Below are positions 10,661-20,466 of a DNA stretch of 64,000 nucleotides, in pieces (the first letter of the stretch is position 1; every line of letters begins with the position of its first letter). The stretch comes from Planctomycetota bacterium. GTDB taxonomy: Bacteria > Planctomycetota > GCA-002687715 > CAIWVZ01. Made by a program: the position numbers and the translations under genes. The notes under the pieces were generated by a model that searched no databases, was not told where the DNA came from, and saw only the letters and a program-made list of their open reading frames with translations. The stretch covers positions 768,001 to 832,000 of the forward strand of contig JBGANV010000002.1 in assembly GCA_044222185.1 (NCBI GenBank), read 5' to 3'.

Positions 10661-11223
10661 GAGGGAAGGGATGCGGCTGCGTCGAGGCTCCGGCGGGTGG
10701 CGGACGAAGTGCGTCGCCTCGCCGGGTCGATGGCCGGGCGCGTCCACGTGCTTCCGCGTCGTCACCACCGGACGAACGTCGATTGCTGAGTACGCAAGGC
10801 ACGCGCGCCCGTCGCCCGTCGGCTCGTTCGTGTTCGGGCGTCGACGCTGGCGCGAGGTCGCCGGACGGGCGCAGAGCTTCCGGTGATCGTCACGGGTTGG
10901 TGTTCGCTGCGCACTCGTCTGGCAGTGGCGGCCCTGCCAGGCACCGTGGCAGCGTGTCGAGGGCTCTCGGACATCCTGAGAGACGCGCGCGCCGACGCCG
11001 CCGCTCCGCGGAACTCGCGTCAAACTGCGCGCGTGACGCGGCGCGAGCGCGGGCGAATCCGATCGCGTCGCGCGGAATCGAACGTAATTGGTGTCATGAG
11101 ATTCGGGCGTTGACCGCGGCTAGCGCGCGCGCGTAGGCTCCGCTCACCTGTCGTCGTTCGGCTCCGTGTTCCGTGCATGACCAGGAGATCGGCCGGATGG
11201 AGCCCAAAATCGCGAGGTAGACC

Positions 11224-13923
11224 ATGACTTCGAGGACCGCCATGTGCGTGCCGTCGATCGCTTGCCTGGTGCTGGCGATTGCGACAACGATCGTTCAGGG
11301 ACAGTGCGGGTCCGACTTCTCGGACAAATTCAACTCGACGACCTTCCAATTCGCGCCGACCGCGATGGTCACGTTCGATGACGGGAGCGGTCCCGCCATC
11401 TACGTGACGATCGGAGGCGTCTTCGTGAACCTGGCCCCGCTCGGCGCCGTCACGCGCTGGCGCGGTGGCCAGTTCGAGTCGGTCGGCAACGTGGCGCCGT
11501 CGGCGCTGGCGCTCGCCGTTCACGATGACGGAAGCGGGCCGGCGCTCTACGCCGCGGGCGGGTTCGTCTCCGCAGGTGGTGCGTCGGTTCATCGCGTCGC
11601 GAAATGGAACGGCACCTCGTGGAGCCAGGTGGGAAGCGGCATCGACAACGGGAGCGTGCAGGCGCTCGCCTCGTACGACGACGGGTCGGGCCCGAAGCTC
11701 TACGCCGCGGGGCAATTCAGCCTGGCTGGCGGCGTCCCCTGTACGAACATCGCGCGCTGGAACGGGACGGCATGGAGCGCGGTTGCGACGTCCATGACGG
11801 GACCGGTTCCATTCACCGCGCCCGGTCTGACGAAGGTCGCCGGCATGGCGGTGGCGGACGTGGGCCAGGGGCCGCGCCTCTTCGTCACCGGAGTATTCGG
11901 CGCGATCGACGGAGTCGCGGCGCAATGCGTCGCGAGCTACGACGGCGCGACCTGGTCGCCGCTCGGTGCGGGCGTCGGCGCGGCCGCAGTTCCCAATCCG
12001 ACCTCGATCTGCGCCTACGACTCCGGCACGGGCCCTGAGATCTACGTGGCCGGAGCGATCTCGACCGCTGGCGGCTCGGCCGCGGCGGCCATCGCGCGAT
12101 GGAACGGAACGTCGTGGTCGCCGTTGGGCGCGGGTCTGACCGGCTACACGGCCGCGACGTCGATGCGCGTCTGGAATCGCAGCACGGGTTCCGTGCTGGT
12201 CGTCGCCGGCAGTTTCGCCTCCGCAGGCGGGATTCCGGGCGGCATGGCGTTCTGGGACGGGACGGCGTGGCAGAGCGCCAACGCCGCGGGCCGCTTCTTC
12301 TCGAGCGCGACGAATTTCGACGCCGGGAACGGCGACTCCCTTTACGCGGCGGGCAACGTCACCGTGACCTTCCCCAACAACGGAGGTAGTGCCACCACGA
12401 GCCACTTCTTCCAGCGCTACGACGGGACGTCGTGGTCGACGCCCAACGGACAGGGATTCACCGGCGGCGGACCGGCTGCCATGGTGGCGCACGATGACGG
12501 CAATGGCACGAAGCTCTTCGCAGGCGGGTCGATCGGGTCGGCGGGAGCTCAGCCGCTCGCCCACGTGGGCGCATGGGACGGCGCGCAGTGGAGCGTGCTC
12601 GGGTCCGGCCTCGCGACAAGCGCCTCCGCGATGGCATCCGGCGACATCGGCAACGGCCCTCGGGTGTTTGCGGGTGGAAGCAGCGAACTGGCGATCGCCG
12701 GCGGAGTCGTGACGTCCGGTTCGGCAGTGCGCGCGTGGAACGGCACGAGCTGGGATCTCGTCGGACAGAGGCTCTCGAGCGGCACCCTCAACGCCCTCGG
12801 AATGTTCGACCTGGGTGCCGGGGCCGCGCTGTACGCCGGCACCACCTTCAACAACAGCGGGACGAATGCGGTCAACGGCGTCGGTCGATGGAACGGAACG
12901 GCCTGGGAGCAACTGGGACTCGGCATGGGCGCCAGCAGCGTCCAGCTGAACGGCGTGCATGCACTGGCGACGTTCGACGACGGCTCGGGCACGGCCCTCT
13001 ACGCCGGTGGGCTCTTCCAAACGGCTGGCGGTGTGGCAGCGAACAACGTGGCGAAGTGGGACGGTGCCAACTGGTCGCCGGTCGGCAGCGGCTTGACCGG
13101 ACCGTCGGGTGTGATTCCCGTGAAGGCGCTCGCGGTCTTCGACGATGGAACGGGGCCGGCCCTCTACGCGGGTGGTCAATTCACCAGTGCCGGCGGCATT
13201 CCAGCCGTCGGCCTCGCCCGTTGGAACGGTTCCCAGTGGACGCCGGTCGGTGGGGGAGTGGCGCTGCCCGGTGGCACGCCGGCTGTATTCGCGTTGAAGG
13301 TGTTCGATGACGGCAACGGGCCGCGGCTCTACGTGGGCGGTGCCTTCAGCCTCGTCGGAAACGTCGCGACGAATTGTTTCGCGCGATGGGACGGCCAGAA
13401 CTGGACTGCATTCGGAAGCGGTCTGGTCCTGCCCGGCGGCGCCCCGGGGGTTTCGTATGTCGCCGCGTTCGCAGAGGCGGATCTGGGCCGCGGCCGCACC
13501 CTCTTCATCGGTGGCTCGTTCGCCCTGGCGGACGCGACGAACAGCTTCGGCATCGCCGAACTCGTTCCGCGGCGTCCGTCCATCGCGATCACCCAACCCG
13601 CAGGCGGCGGGACGGGCGCGTTCATCGCGTGCTCGGGACTCGTGAGCGGCCGTGAGTACTTCGACATCTTCAGCGCAGACGTTTGCGGTGTCGCCGGATC
13701 GGGACCGTACCTGGGGCTTTGCGCGACCGATCCGTCGACGCTGCTCGCGCAGTTCGCCCTCCCGCTCGGCGTGGCACCCTTCCACTTCGCCGCCAACGGG
13801 TCGAGCGTGACGTTCGGTCCGTTCGGAGTCCCGGCAGGAATCACCGTCGATGCCGTGAGCTTCGACTTCACCGCGGGACAGCTCGGCTGCGTGAGCACGG
13901 TCGTTCGCTACACGACCCAGTGA
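11224..13923 (+). CDS. Secreted beta-propeller repeat protein (FDDGSGPALYAGG / WNGxxWS repeats)
   Basis: GAGG RBS and signal peptide. More than ten repeats of (F/H/Y)DDGxGPxLYxGGxF...ARW(N/D)GxxWSxLG. Confidence 0.85.
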   Translation: MTSRTAMCVPSIACLVLAIATTIVQGQCGSDFSDKFNSTTFQFAPTAMVTFDDGSGPAIYVTIGGVFVNLAPLGAVTRWRGGQFESVGNVAPSALALAVHDDGSGPALYAAGGFVSAGGASVHRVAKWNGTSWSQVGSGIDNGSVQALASYDDGSGPKLYAAGQFSLAGGVPCTNIARWNGTAWSAVATSMTGPVPFTAPGLTKVAGMAVADVGQGPRLFVTGVFGAIDGVAAQCVASYDGATWSPLGAGVGAAAVPNPTSICAYDSGTGPEIYVAGAISTAGGSAAAAIARWNGTSWSPLGAGLTGYTAATSMRVWNRSTGSVLVVAGSFASAGGIPGGMAFWDGTAWQSANAAGRFFSSATNFDAGNGDSLYAAGNVTVTFPNNGGSATTSHFFQRYDGTSWSTPNGQGFTGGGPAAMVAHDDGNGTKLFAGGSIGSAGAQPLAHVGAWDGAQWSVLGSGLATSASAMASGDIGNGPRVFAGGSSELAIAGGVVTSGSAVRAWNGTSWDLVGQRLSSGTLNALGMFDLGAGAALYAGTTFNNSGTNAVNGVGRWNGTAWEQLGLGMGASSVQLNGVHALATFDDGSGTALYAGGLFQTAGGVAANNVAKWDGANWSPVGSGLTGPSGVIPVKALAVFDDGTGPALYAGGQFTSAGGIPAVGLARWNGSQWTPVGGGVALPGGTPAVFALKVFDDGNGPRLYVGGAFSLVGNVATNCFARWDGQNWTAFGSGLVLPGGAPGVSYVAAFAEADLGRGRTLFIGGSFALADATNSFGIAELVPRRPSIAITQPAGGGTGAFIACSGLVSGREYFDIFSADVCGVAGSGPYLGLCATDPSTLLAQFALPLGVAPFHFAANGSSVTFGPFGVPAGITVDAVSFDFTAGQLGCVSTVVRYTTQ

Positions 13924-13946
13924 CGATCGGGTGAGGCGCGCGGCGA

Positions 13947-14903
13947 TCAGGCGGTCGTCGCGCGCTCTCCGGCGAGCATGGCGGAGAAGCCGTCGCGCCA
14001 GGAGCGGTGAGCCGGGCGCCAGTGCAGGCGCTCGGCCGCGGTGGCGTTCGACGCGCCTTGCTGATCGAGCATGAGGTACTCGGCGTAGGGGCCGCCGAAC
14101 AACCGACCGAGCCAGCGCGGCGCTCGCATGGGCGCGCGGGCCCCGAGCATGCGGGCGTACTCGGGGAGCCACTCGCGCGCGGCGACGGGCGCATCATCCA
14201 CGATGTTGTAGATACCTGCCGGGCCGTCGAGTGCGCGCAGCGTCGCCTCCGCGGCGTCGTCCACGTGGATGAACGAGAAGACGCCTGAGCCCGCGCCCAT
14301 CAGCGGAATCTTGCGGCGCCGCACGTCGTCGGCGAACGTCCCGTCGGCCGCGTAAACCGTGCCCGGTCCGTAGAAGTAGCCGTACCGCAGCACGACGCCC
14401 TCGACACCCCGGGTCTGCATCGTCACGCGTTCGAGCGCGGCGACCGCGTTGACGACTTCCGAGAAGGGCGCGGGCGCATCCACGAAGAGGGGGTCCCCTT
14501 CGGTCCAGGGACCGCCGGGCCTGGGCTTGTACGCGAACGCGATGCTCTGGGAGATCAAGCGGCGCGTTCCTGCGGCCGCGGCGGCCTCGGCGAGCCAGGT
14601 CCCGGCTTCGCGACGCAGCCGCGACGTCGGTGCAAGATCGCGATCGGCGGTGCGCGGGTTGATTCGCGGGGGGATGCGCGTGAGTTCGTTGACGATGGCG
14701 TCGGGCTTGCAGGCGCCGACCGCCCGAAAGACCGCCTCGCGGTCGAGGGCGTCCGCGGCGAGGGGATCTGCCCCCGTCTGCGCGAGCCGAGCCGCGCTCG
14801 CGGGCGACGAGACCAATCCGGTGACTCGATGGCCGGCGGCGAGGAGTTTGAGGACCAACGGGCGCCCAACCGCGCCGCTCGCACCCGCGACGAATACGTG
14901 CAT
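13947..14903 (-). CDS. NAD-dependent epimerase/dehydratase family (atypical SDR)
   Basis: VFVAGASGAVG Rossmann motif, LRYGYFYGPG, SFIHVDDAA, YNIVDD. Confidence 0.9.
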   Translation of the reverse strand: MHVFVAGASGAVGRPLVLKLLAAGHRVTGLVSSPASAARLAQTGADPLAADALDREAVFRAVGACKPDAIVNELTRIPPRINPRTADRDLAPTSRLRREAGTWLAEAAAAAGTRRLISQSIAFAYKPRPGGPWTEGDPLFVDAPAPFSEVVNAVAALERVTMQTRGVEGVVLRYGYFYGPGTVYAADGTFADDVRRRKIPLMGAGSGVFSFIHVDDAAEATLRALDGPAGIYNIVDDAPVAAREWLPEYARMLGARAPMRAPRWLGRLFGGPYAEYLMLDQQGASNATAAERLHWRPAHRSWRDGFSAMLAGERATTA

Positions 14904-15057
14904 GGCAAGCCTCCGTCGAACGGCTGCTGGCGCGTATGTCGTTTCGATGGTGCGCCAGGAGCCGCGCCACGGTATCGCGCCACTCGGTGGGCACGAAAGG
15001 CGGATGTCGTCGCCACGTCTTCACTCCCGATCTGCGCCGGCACGGTACATTCTGCCC

Positions 15058-17025
15058 ATGCTGAACCGCCGCCTGCGTCCCCGGCCCTCGATGGACTCGT
15101 GGTCGTTGCTCGTCCTCGCTCTCCTCGCAGCCGTCGCCGCCGCCCAGGAATCGCGCTTCGTGACCGACCGGCCCACGCCGCGGCTCCTTCCGCTTCCGAG
15201 CGAGGAGGAGGCGTTCCAGTTCGTCATCTTCGGCGATCGGACGAGCGGGAAGCCGGAGGGACTGAAGATCCTCGAACAGGCCACGGCCGACGTGAACCTG
15301 TTCGCGCCGGACCTCGTGATGACGGTCGGCGATCTCGTGCAGGGCTACAACGATCAGAAGACGTGGCTTGAACAGGCCCGCGACTACAAGGCCGTGATGG
15401 AGAAGCTGCGGATGCCGTGGTTCCCCGTGGTGGGCAACCACGACATCTACTTCCGCGGCCAGAACCCTCCGAAGAACCAGCACGCCGGCGACTTCGAGAC
15501 CCACTTCGGGCCGCTGTGGTACGCGTTCCAGCACAAGAAGTCGTGGTTCATCGCCATCGACTCGGACGAGGGCAACGGGCAGGGCAAGTATGCCTTCGAC
15601 GATCCGGCCTGCCAGACGATGAGTCAGGAGCAGTTCACCTGGCTCGAGGCGACGCTGAAGAAAGCCCGCGGCGCCGAGCACGTCTTCGTGTTCCTCCACC
15701 ACCCGCGCTGGCTGCGCGAGACCTATCCGGGATACGGCGACGACTGGACCCGGGTCCACAAGCTGCTCGTGGACGCGGGCAACGTCACCGCGGTGTTCGC
15801 GGGACACATCCACCGCATGATCTACTCGGGCGTGAAGGACGGCATCCAGTACTACGCGCTGGGCGCGACGGGTGCGCAGATCGACGCCGACATTCCGCAT
15901 GCCGGCTTCCTCCATCACTTCGACGTGGTGACGGTCCGCAAGGAACGCATCGACATCGTCACCGTTCCCGTCGGCGCCGTGATGGACCCGAAGAAGATCA
16001 CCATCGACGTCAGCAAGGAGTGCGTCGCGCTGGACAAGGCGCTGACGGCGACGTTCGCCAAACCGCTGGCCTTCGATGAGCGCCTGGCGATGGACGACGC
16101 CGTCGACGTGGAGATCACGAACCCCGTCAAGCGTCCGATCGAGGTCACGGCCGTGCCGATGTCGAAGGATCCGCGATATCGCTTCACGCCGGACCACGTT
16201 CACTCCGTCATCGAGCCAGGCGCGGCGACGCGCATCCACTTCGTCGTGAAGCGGAGCGCAGCCGCGATCGATGCGTGGTTCGACGTTCCGAAACTCCAAC
16301 TCCAGTGTGATTACCTGGCGGAGGGCCTTCGCGTCGGCCTGCCCGAGAGGCAGCTCGCCTTCGAACTCGTCCCGCCGCCACTCACGATGTCCGTGGGCGG
16401 CAATCGTTGGATTCAGCTCGACGGGAAATCCACGTGTGTGCGCATTCCGTCGGCGAGCCTCGCGATTCCTGACGGCCCGTTCACGGTCGAAGGCTGGATG
16501 CGTGCGACATCACTCAAGGGGCGTCGCGGGTTCGCCAACCGCTCCGAGATGTCGGAGTGGGGCCTGTTCGTCAGCGACGGCAAGCCGGCATTCAGCGTCT
16601 TCCTCGGGAGTGCGTATGCGACGGCATCCGTGAAGGAGCCCGTGCTCAAGGAGAACGAGTGGCACCATCTCGCGGGCGTGTTCGACGGCGCCGAGGTCCG
16701 CCTCTACGTCGACGGCAAGCTCCAAGGCAGGGTCCCCGGCAAAGGTGCGCGCAAGCCCAATGCGCTGCCGCTATTCATCGGCGCCGACCCGTCGAGCGAC
16801 GGACGTCCGGGGTCTTTTTTCGCGGGGGACATCGACGAGGTGCGCATCTCCAAGGTCGCCCGGTATCAAGGCGATGCCGTCGTGCCGGCGCGACGTATCG
16901 AGAGCACTGATGCTGACACGGTGCTTCTGCTCCACCTCGACGGACGAGTCGGCCCGTGGACGTTCGACGACTCGGGAAACCACGTGACGGCCGAGGTCAT
17001 CGGCAGTCCGCCGTTCGGGGGCTGA
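15058..17025 (+). CDS. Secreted calcineurin-like metallophosphoesterase fused to a LamG-like domain
   Basis: FGDRT, VGDLV, GNHD, HHP and GHIH metal motifs. C-terminal FTVEGW...WHHLAGVFDG...LYVDG...GDIDEVRIS. Start may be ATG 15091. Confidence 0.88.
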   Translation: MLNRRLRPRPSMDSWSLLVLALLAAVAAAQESRFVTDRPTPRLLPLPSEEEAFQFVIFGDRTSGKPEGLKILEQATADVNLFAPDLVMTVGDLVQGYNDQKTWLEQARDYKAVMEKLRMPWFPVVGNHDIYFRGQNPPKNQHAGDFETHFGPLWYAFQHKKSWFIAIDSDEGNGQGKYAFDDPACQTMSQEQFTWLEATLKKARGAEHVFVFLHHPRWLRETYPGYGDDWTRVHKLLVDAGNVTAVFAGHIHRMIYSGVKDGIQYYALGATGAQIDADIPHAGFLHHFDVVTVRKERIDIVTVPVGAVMDPKKITIDVSKECVALDKALTATFAKPLAFDERLAMDDAVDVEITNPVKRPIEVTAVPMSKDPRYRFTPDHVHSVIEPGAATRIHFVVKRSAAAIDAWFDVPKLQLQCDYLAEGLRVGLPERQLAFELVPPPLTMSVGGNRWIQLDGKSTCVRIPSASLAIPDGPFTVEGWMRATSLKGRRGFANRSEMSEWGLFVSDGKPAFSVFLGSAYATASVKEPVLKENEWHHLAGVFDGAEVRLYVDGKLQGRVPGKGARKPNALPLFIGADPSSDGRPGSFFAGDIDEVRISKVARYQGDAVVPARRIESTDADTVLLLHLDGRVGPWTFDDSGNHVTAEVIGSPPFGG

Positions 17026-17087
17026 TTCGCGCGGCGCGGCGCGTGGTAGACTCGCCGCCCTGTTTCGCCAAACCAACGGAGTCAACC

Positions 17088-17738
17088 ATGCCCGAAACCA
17101 CGTCCGGCGGGATCCCCCGCATCGGTGAGCCCGCTCCCGACTTCACGGCCACGACGACCCACGGCGCGCTCCAGTTCTCGCAATGGCGCGGCGACAAGTG
17201 GTGCATCCTCTTCAGCCACCCGGCCGATTTCACGCCGGTCTGCTCCACCGAGCTGACCGAGTTCGCGCGGCGCTCAGCCGAGTTCGACAAGCGGAACACG
17301 AAGCTCATCGGCCTGTCGATCGACTCGATCCACAGCCACCTCGCGTGGCGCGAGAACCTGAAGCAGATCTTCGACGTGGAGATCGGCTATCCGATGATCG
17401 CCGACATCGACATGAAGGTGTCAGCGCTCTACGGCATGCTCCACCCGGGCGCGTCGGCGACGGCGACCGTGCGTTCGGTGTTCATCATCGACCCCAAGGG
17501 TGCGATCCGCGCGCTCGTCTACTACCCCATGAGCGTCGGGCGCAACATCGACGAGATCATCCGCCTGCTCGACGGTCTGCAGACGACCGAGAAGCACGCC
17601 TGCGCGACGCCGGTGAATTGGAAACCGGGCGACAAGGTCATCGTCCCGCCGCCGAAGACGGAAGCGGACGTGAAGGAGCGCGCGTCGCACAAGGAGTACG
17701 AGCGCCTCGACTTCTACTTGAACAAGAAGTCCATCTGA
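17088..17738 (+). CDS. Peroxiredoxin (Prx6/1-Cys-like)
   Basis: FSHPADFTPVCSTE, TVRSVFIIDP, GRNIDEI, ATPVNWKPGD. Confidence 0.93.
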   Translation: MPETTSGGIPRIGEPAPDFTATTTHGALQFSQWRGDKWCILFSHPADFTPVCSTELTEFARRSAEFDKRNTKLIGLSIDSIHSHLAWRENLKQIFDVEIGYPMIADIDMKVSALYGMLHPGASATATVRSVFIIDPKGAIRALVYYPMSVGRNIDEIIRLLDGLQTTEKHACATPVNWKPGDKVIVPPPKTEADVKERASHKEYERLDFYLNKKSI

Positions 17739-17760
17739 TCACGTCGTCGACGCGGGCGAG

Positions 17761-19836
17761 ATGAACATGCGAAGGGCGACGCGGTCGATCGTTGCGCTCA
17801 TCTGGTGTGCCATCGCGATCGCGTCACGGGCGCAGACGCCCGCGGAGCGACGGGTCGTCATCGCGGACGTCACCGTCGTCGACGTGGTGGCGGGACGATT
17901 GGTTCCCCATCAAACGGTGGTGATCGCCGGCGACTCGATCGAACGGGTCGCGCCGGCCGCGGACGTCGCGCCCGTCCTGGGCGCGACGGCGATCCCTGGC
18001 GAGGGCCGCTACCTCATCCCGGGCTTGTTCGACTGTCACGTTCACTTCTCCGATCCGGCGACGCAGGGCCCGATGTGTGTGGCGAACGGCGTGACGTTCG
18101 CTCGCGACATGGGCGGATTCACGGCCACCTCGATCGCGCTGCGCGAGCGGTTCTACAAGGGCGAAGCCCTCGGTCCCGATCTCATCGTCTGCGGAGCGAT
18201 CCTCGACGGCGACCCGCCCATCTGGCCGACCTCCGAGAAGTGCCCGAACCCGGACGCGGGCCGCGAGGCCGTGCGCAAGCTGGCCGAGGCCGGCGTCGAC
18301 CAGATCAAGGTCTATCAGCGGCTGCCGCGATTCGCGTACCTCGCCATCGTCGACGAGGCGAAGAAGCACGATCTGCCGGCCGTGGGGCACGTGCCCGATT
18401 CGGTGCGGCTCGGCGAGGCGCTCTCCATCGGCCAGGCGTCCATCGAGCATCTCTCGGGGTGGGAGCGCGTCGTCGCACGCTTTGCCGGTGGCAATCCCGA
18501 TTCGGCGCCCACGTTCGTGGAGGCGTCGGCCTACTGGTCGCTGTACCCCAAGGTTGATCTCTCGCAGCTTCGCGCGTTCCTGAAGGACGTGAAGGATGCG
18601 AACTGCGTCCAGTGCCCCACGCTCGCCGTCGTGGAGGGAATCGCGACCACGTTCGATCCGTCGCACGCGCGGCAGGATCTGCTCGCGTACGTGCCGTCGG
18701 CGTTTCGCGCCGCGTGGAAGGCGGACCGCTACGGCTTCGGGAAGCACCTGAAGTCGGCGCTCCCGCACATGAAGGCCCTCGTGGGCGAGCTGCACCGCGC
18801 ACAGGTCCCACTCGTCTGCGGCACCGATCTCGCCAATCCCCACGTCTTTGCAGGCTTCTCGTTGCACCGCGAGCTGGAGCTGTTCCAGGAGGCGGGCATT
18901 GCCGCGCCGGACGTGCTTCGGTGTGCGACGTCGAACGCGGCCGAGCTGTGCGGTGTCGCGGAGAAGTTCGGGACGGTTGCGACGGGGAAGATCGCGTCGT
19001 TGGTCCTCCTCTCGAAGGACCCCCTGGCAGACGTTCGCAACGCAGCGGCCATCGATGGAGTGTTCCTGAAAGGCCGGTGGTTCGACCGCAAAGCGCTGAA
19101 TGCCATGCTCGCCGAGGTGCGGCGTGAGGTGGCAGCGCCCGAGGCGGAGACTGCTCCCGCGTCGCGACCCGAGCCCGCGCCGCCCGCCATGCCTGGAACC
19201 CTCGTCGCGAAGGGCCGCTACGTCACGAGGCTCGGCAGCGCACAGATCAGCACCGAGACCTTCGCGATCTCGTCCGACGCCGCCGGGTTCCACGTGTGGA
19301 TCGATTCGCGACCGAAGACGGGCTTCGGGCGCGCATCGGTGTTCCAGGCCGAGTACGCGGTGTCCGGCCGATTCATGCGCGCCGAGTGCACCAGTGGGCG
19401 AGGCGCGCGGGACATCGCGACGTACGTCAGCGAGGGCAAGTCCTTGCGCGCGTCGATGCGCCACGGCGACGAACCGACGGGAGAAGTGACGCTGCCGGTC
19501 GAGCCCACCACGATCGTCGCCACCGAGTCCAACGCACTCGATTTCGTGACCATGCGCCTCGTCGCGTTGGTCGTCGGTGAATCGAAGTCCGTTGACGCCA
19601 TCGGACTCAGCGCCGCGGATTGGAAGCCACAGCGCACGAAGTTCACCGTCGAGCGGAAACCCGACGAGGTGATCGAACTCGCGGGTCAGCCGCCACGGAA
19701 TGCCGCGCACTACGCCGGCAGGTTGCAGTCGGCCATGGGCACTCTGAACGTCGAATCCTGGTGCGACGCGAGCGGCCTCGTGCTGCGGTCGCGCGTGATG
19801 TCGCCCTTGGGCGTGATCGAAACGAATCTCGAGTGA
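17761..19836 (+). CDS. Secreted amidohydrolase-family protein with extra C-terminal beta domain
   Basis: IPGLFDCHVH, QIKVY, GHV, IEHL, GTD, GTVATGKIASLVLL, then a Pro-rich linker and a ~215 aa tail. Confidence 0.87.
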   Translation: MNMRRATRSIVALIWCAIAIASRAQTPAERRVVIADVTVVDVVAGRLVPHQTVVIAGDSIERVAPAADVAPVLGATAIPGEGRYLIPGLFDCHVHFSDPATQGPMCVANGVTFARDMGGFTATSIALRERFYKGEALGPDLIVCGAILDGDPPIWPTSEKCPNPDAGREAVRKLAEAGVDQIKVYQRLPRFAYLAIVDEAKKHDLPAVGHVPDSVRLGEALSIGQASIEHLSGWERVVARFAGGNPDSAPTFVEASAYWSLYPKVDLSQLRAFLKDVKDANCVQCPTLAVVEGIATTFDPSHARQDLLAYVPSAFRAAWKADRYGFGKHLKSALPHMKALVGELHRAQVPLVCGTDLANPHVFAGFSLHRELELFQEAGIAAPDVLRCATSNAAELCGVAEKFGTVATGKIASLVLLSKDPLADVRNAAAIDGVFLKGRWFDRKALNAMLAEVRREVAAPEAETAPASRPEPAPPAMPGTLVAKGRYVTRLGSAQISTETFAISSDAAGFHVWIDSRPKTGFGRASVFQAEYAVSGRFMRAECTSGRGARDIATYVSEGKSLRASMRHGDEPTGEVTLPVEPTTIVATESNALDFVTMRLVALVVGESKSVDAIGLSAADWKPQRTKFTVERKPDEVIELAGQPPRNAAHYAGRLQSAMGTLNVESWCDASGLVLRSRVMSPLGVIETNLE

Positions 19837-19845
19837 CCGCGGGTT

Positions 19846-20438
19846 CGCCGCGCGACCGGAGCGCCGGGCTCCGCCTGGCCGGACCGGCAGCGCACCCGCG
19901 CTGCCGCGAACGAGTGACGCCCTTCCTCATCGACGGTCGCGCCGTCGGGCCCGACTGCGTGCTGGCATCCGTCGACATTCGGGCAGGGCTGGAGCCCACC
20001 GATCCAGCCAGTCCGAGGCCGGCATTTCGATCAGCGTCGAACGTGTCTGGCGCCGCGCGACCGGAGCGCCAGGCTCCGCCTGGCCGGACCGGCAGCGCTC
20101 CTGCGCTGCCGCGAACGAGTGACGCCCTTCCTCATCGACGGTCGCGCCGTCGGGCCCGACTGCGTGCTGGCACCCTTCGACATTCCGGCAGTGCAGGAGC
20201 CCAGCCCTCCAGCCAGTCCGAGGCCGGCGTTTCGATCAGCGTCGAACGTGTCTGGCGCCGCGCGACCGGAGCGCCAGGCTCCGCCTGGCCGGACCGGCAG
20301 CGCTCCTGCGCTGCCGTGAACGAGTGACGCCCTTCCTCATCGACGGTCGCGCCGTCGGGCCCGACTGCGTGCCGGCATCCTTCGACATTCCGGCAGTGCT
20401 GGAGCCCTGCCATCCGGCCAGGCGGCGCCTGGCGCTCC
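19846..20438. repeat. Tandem array of ~205-bp units built on REP-like hairpins (BIME/REPIN-like)
   Basis: Units start at 19846, 20051 and 20256 (205-bp period). Each begins GGAGCGCC(A/G)GGCTCCGCCTGGCCGGACCGGCAGCGC. The last unit closes with the inverted copy at 20413-20438. Confidence 0.9.
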
Positions 20439-20466
20439 GCGCGCGTCGCGCCGGGATGGCGGCAAG

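Noticed and set aside
10661-11223. ncRNA or riboswitch in long intergenic regions (also 2922-3367 and 44972-45220)
   Set aside because: No recognisable conserved RNA motif by eye; an Rfam/Infernal scan would be needed.
11020-14172. Very long antisense ORFs (also 8867-11023, 22266-24815, 33548-35962, 43799-46096)
   Set aside because: Expected opposite real genes in high-GC DNA; low-complexity translations with no family motifs.
14449-15057. N-terminal extension of the phosphoesterase ORF
   Set aside because: It overlaps the opposite-strand epimerase, and a signal peptide begins near 15058-15091.
19846-20438. CRISPR array
   Set aside because: Units are 205 bp and near-identical throughout, with no unique spacers and no cas genes.
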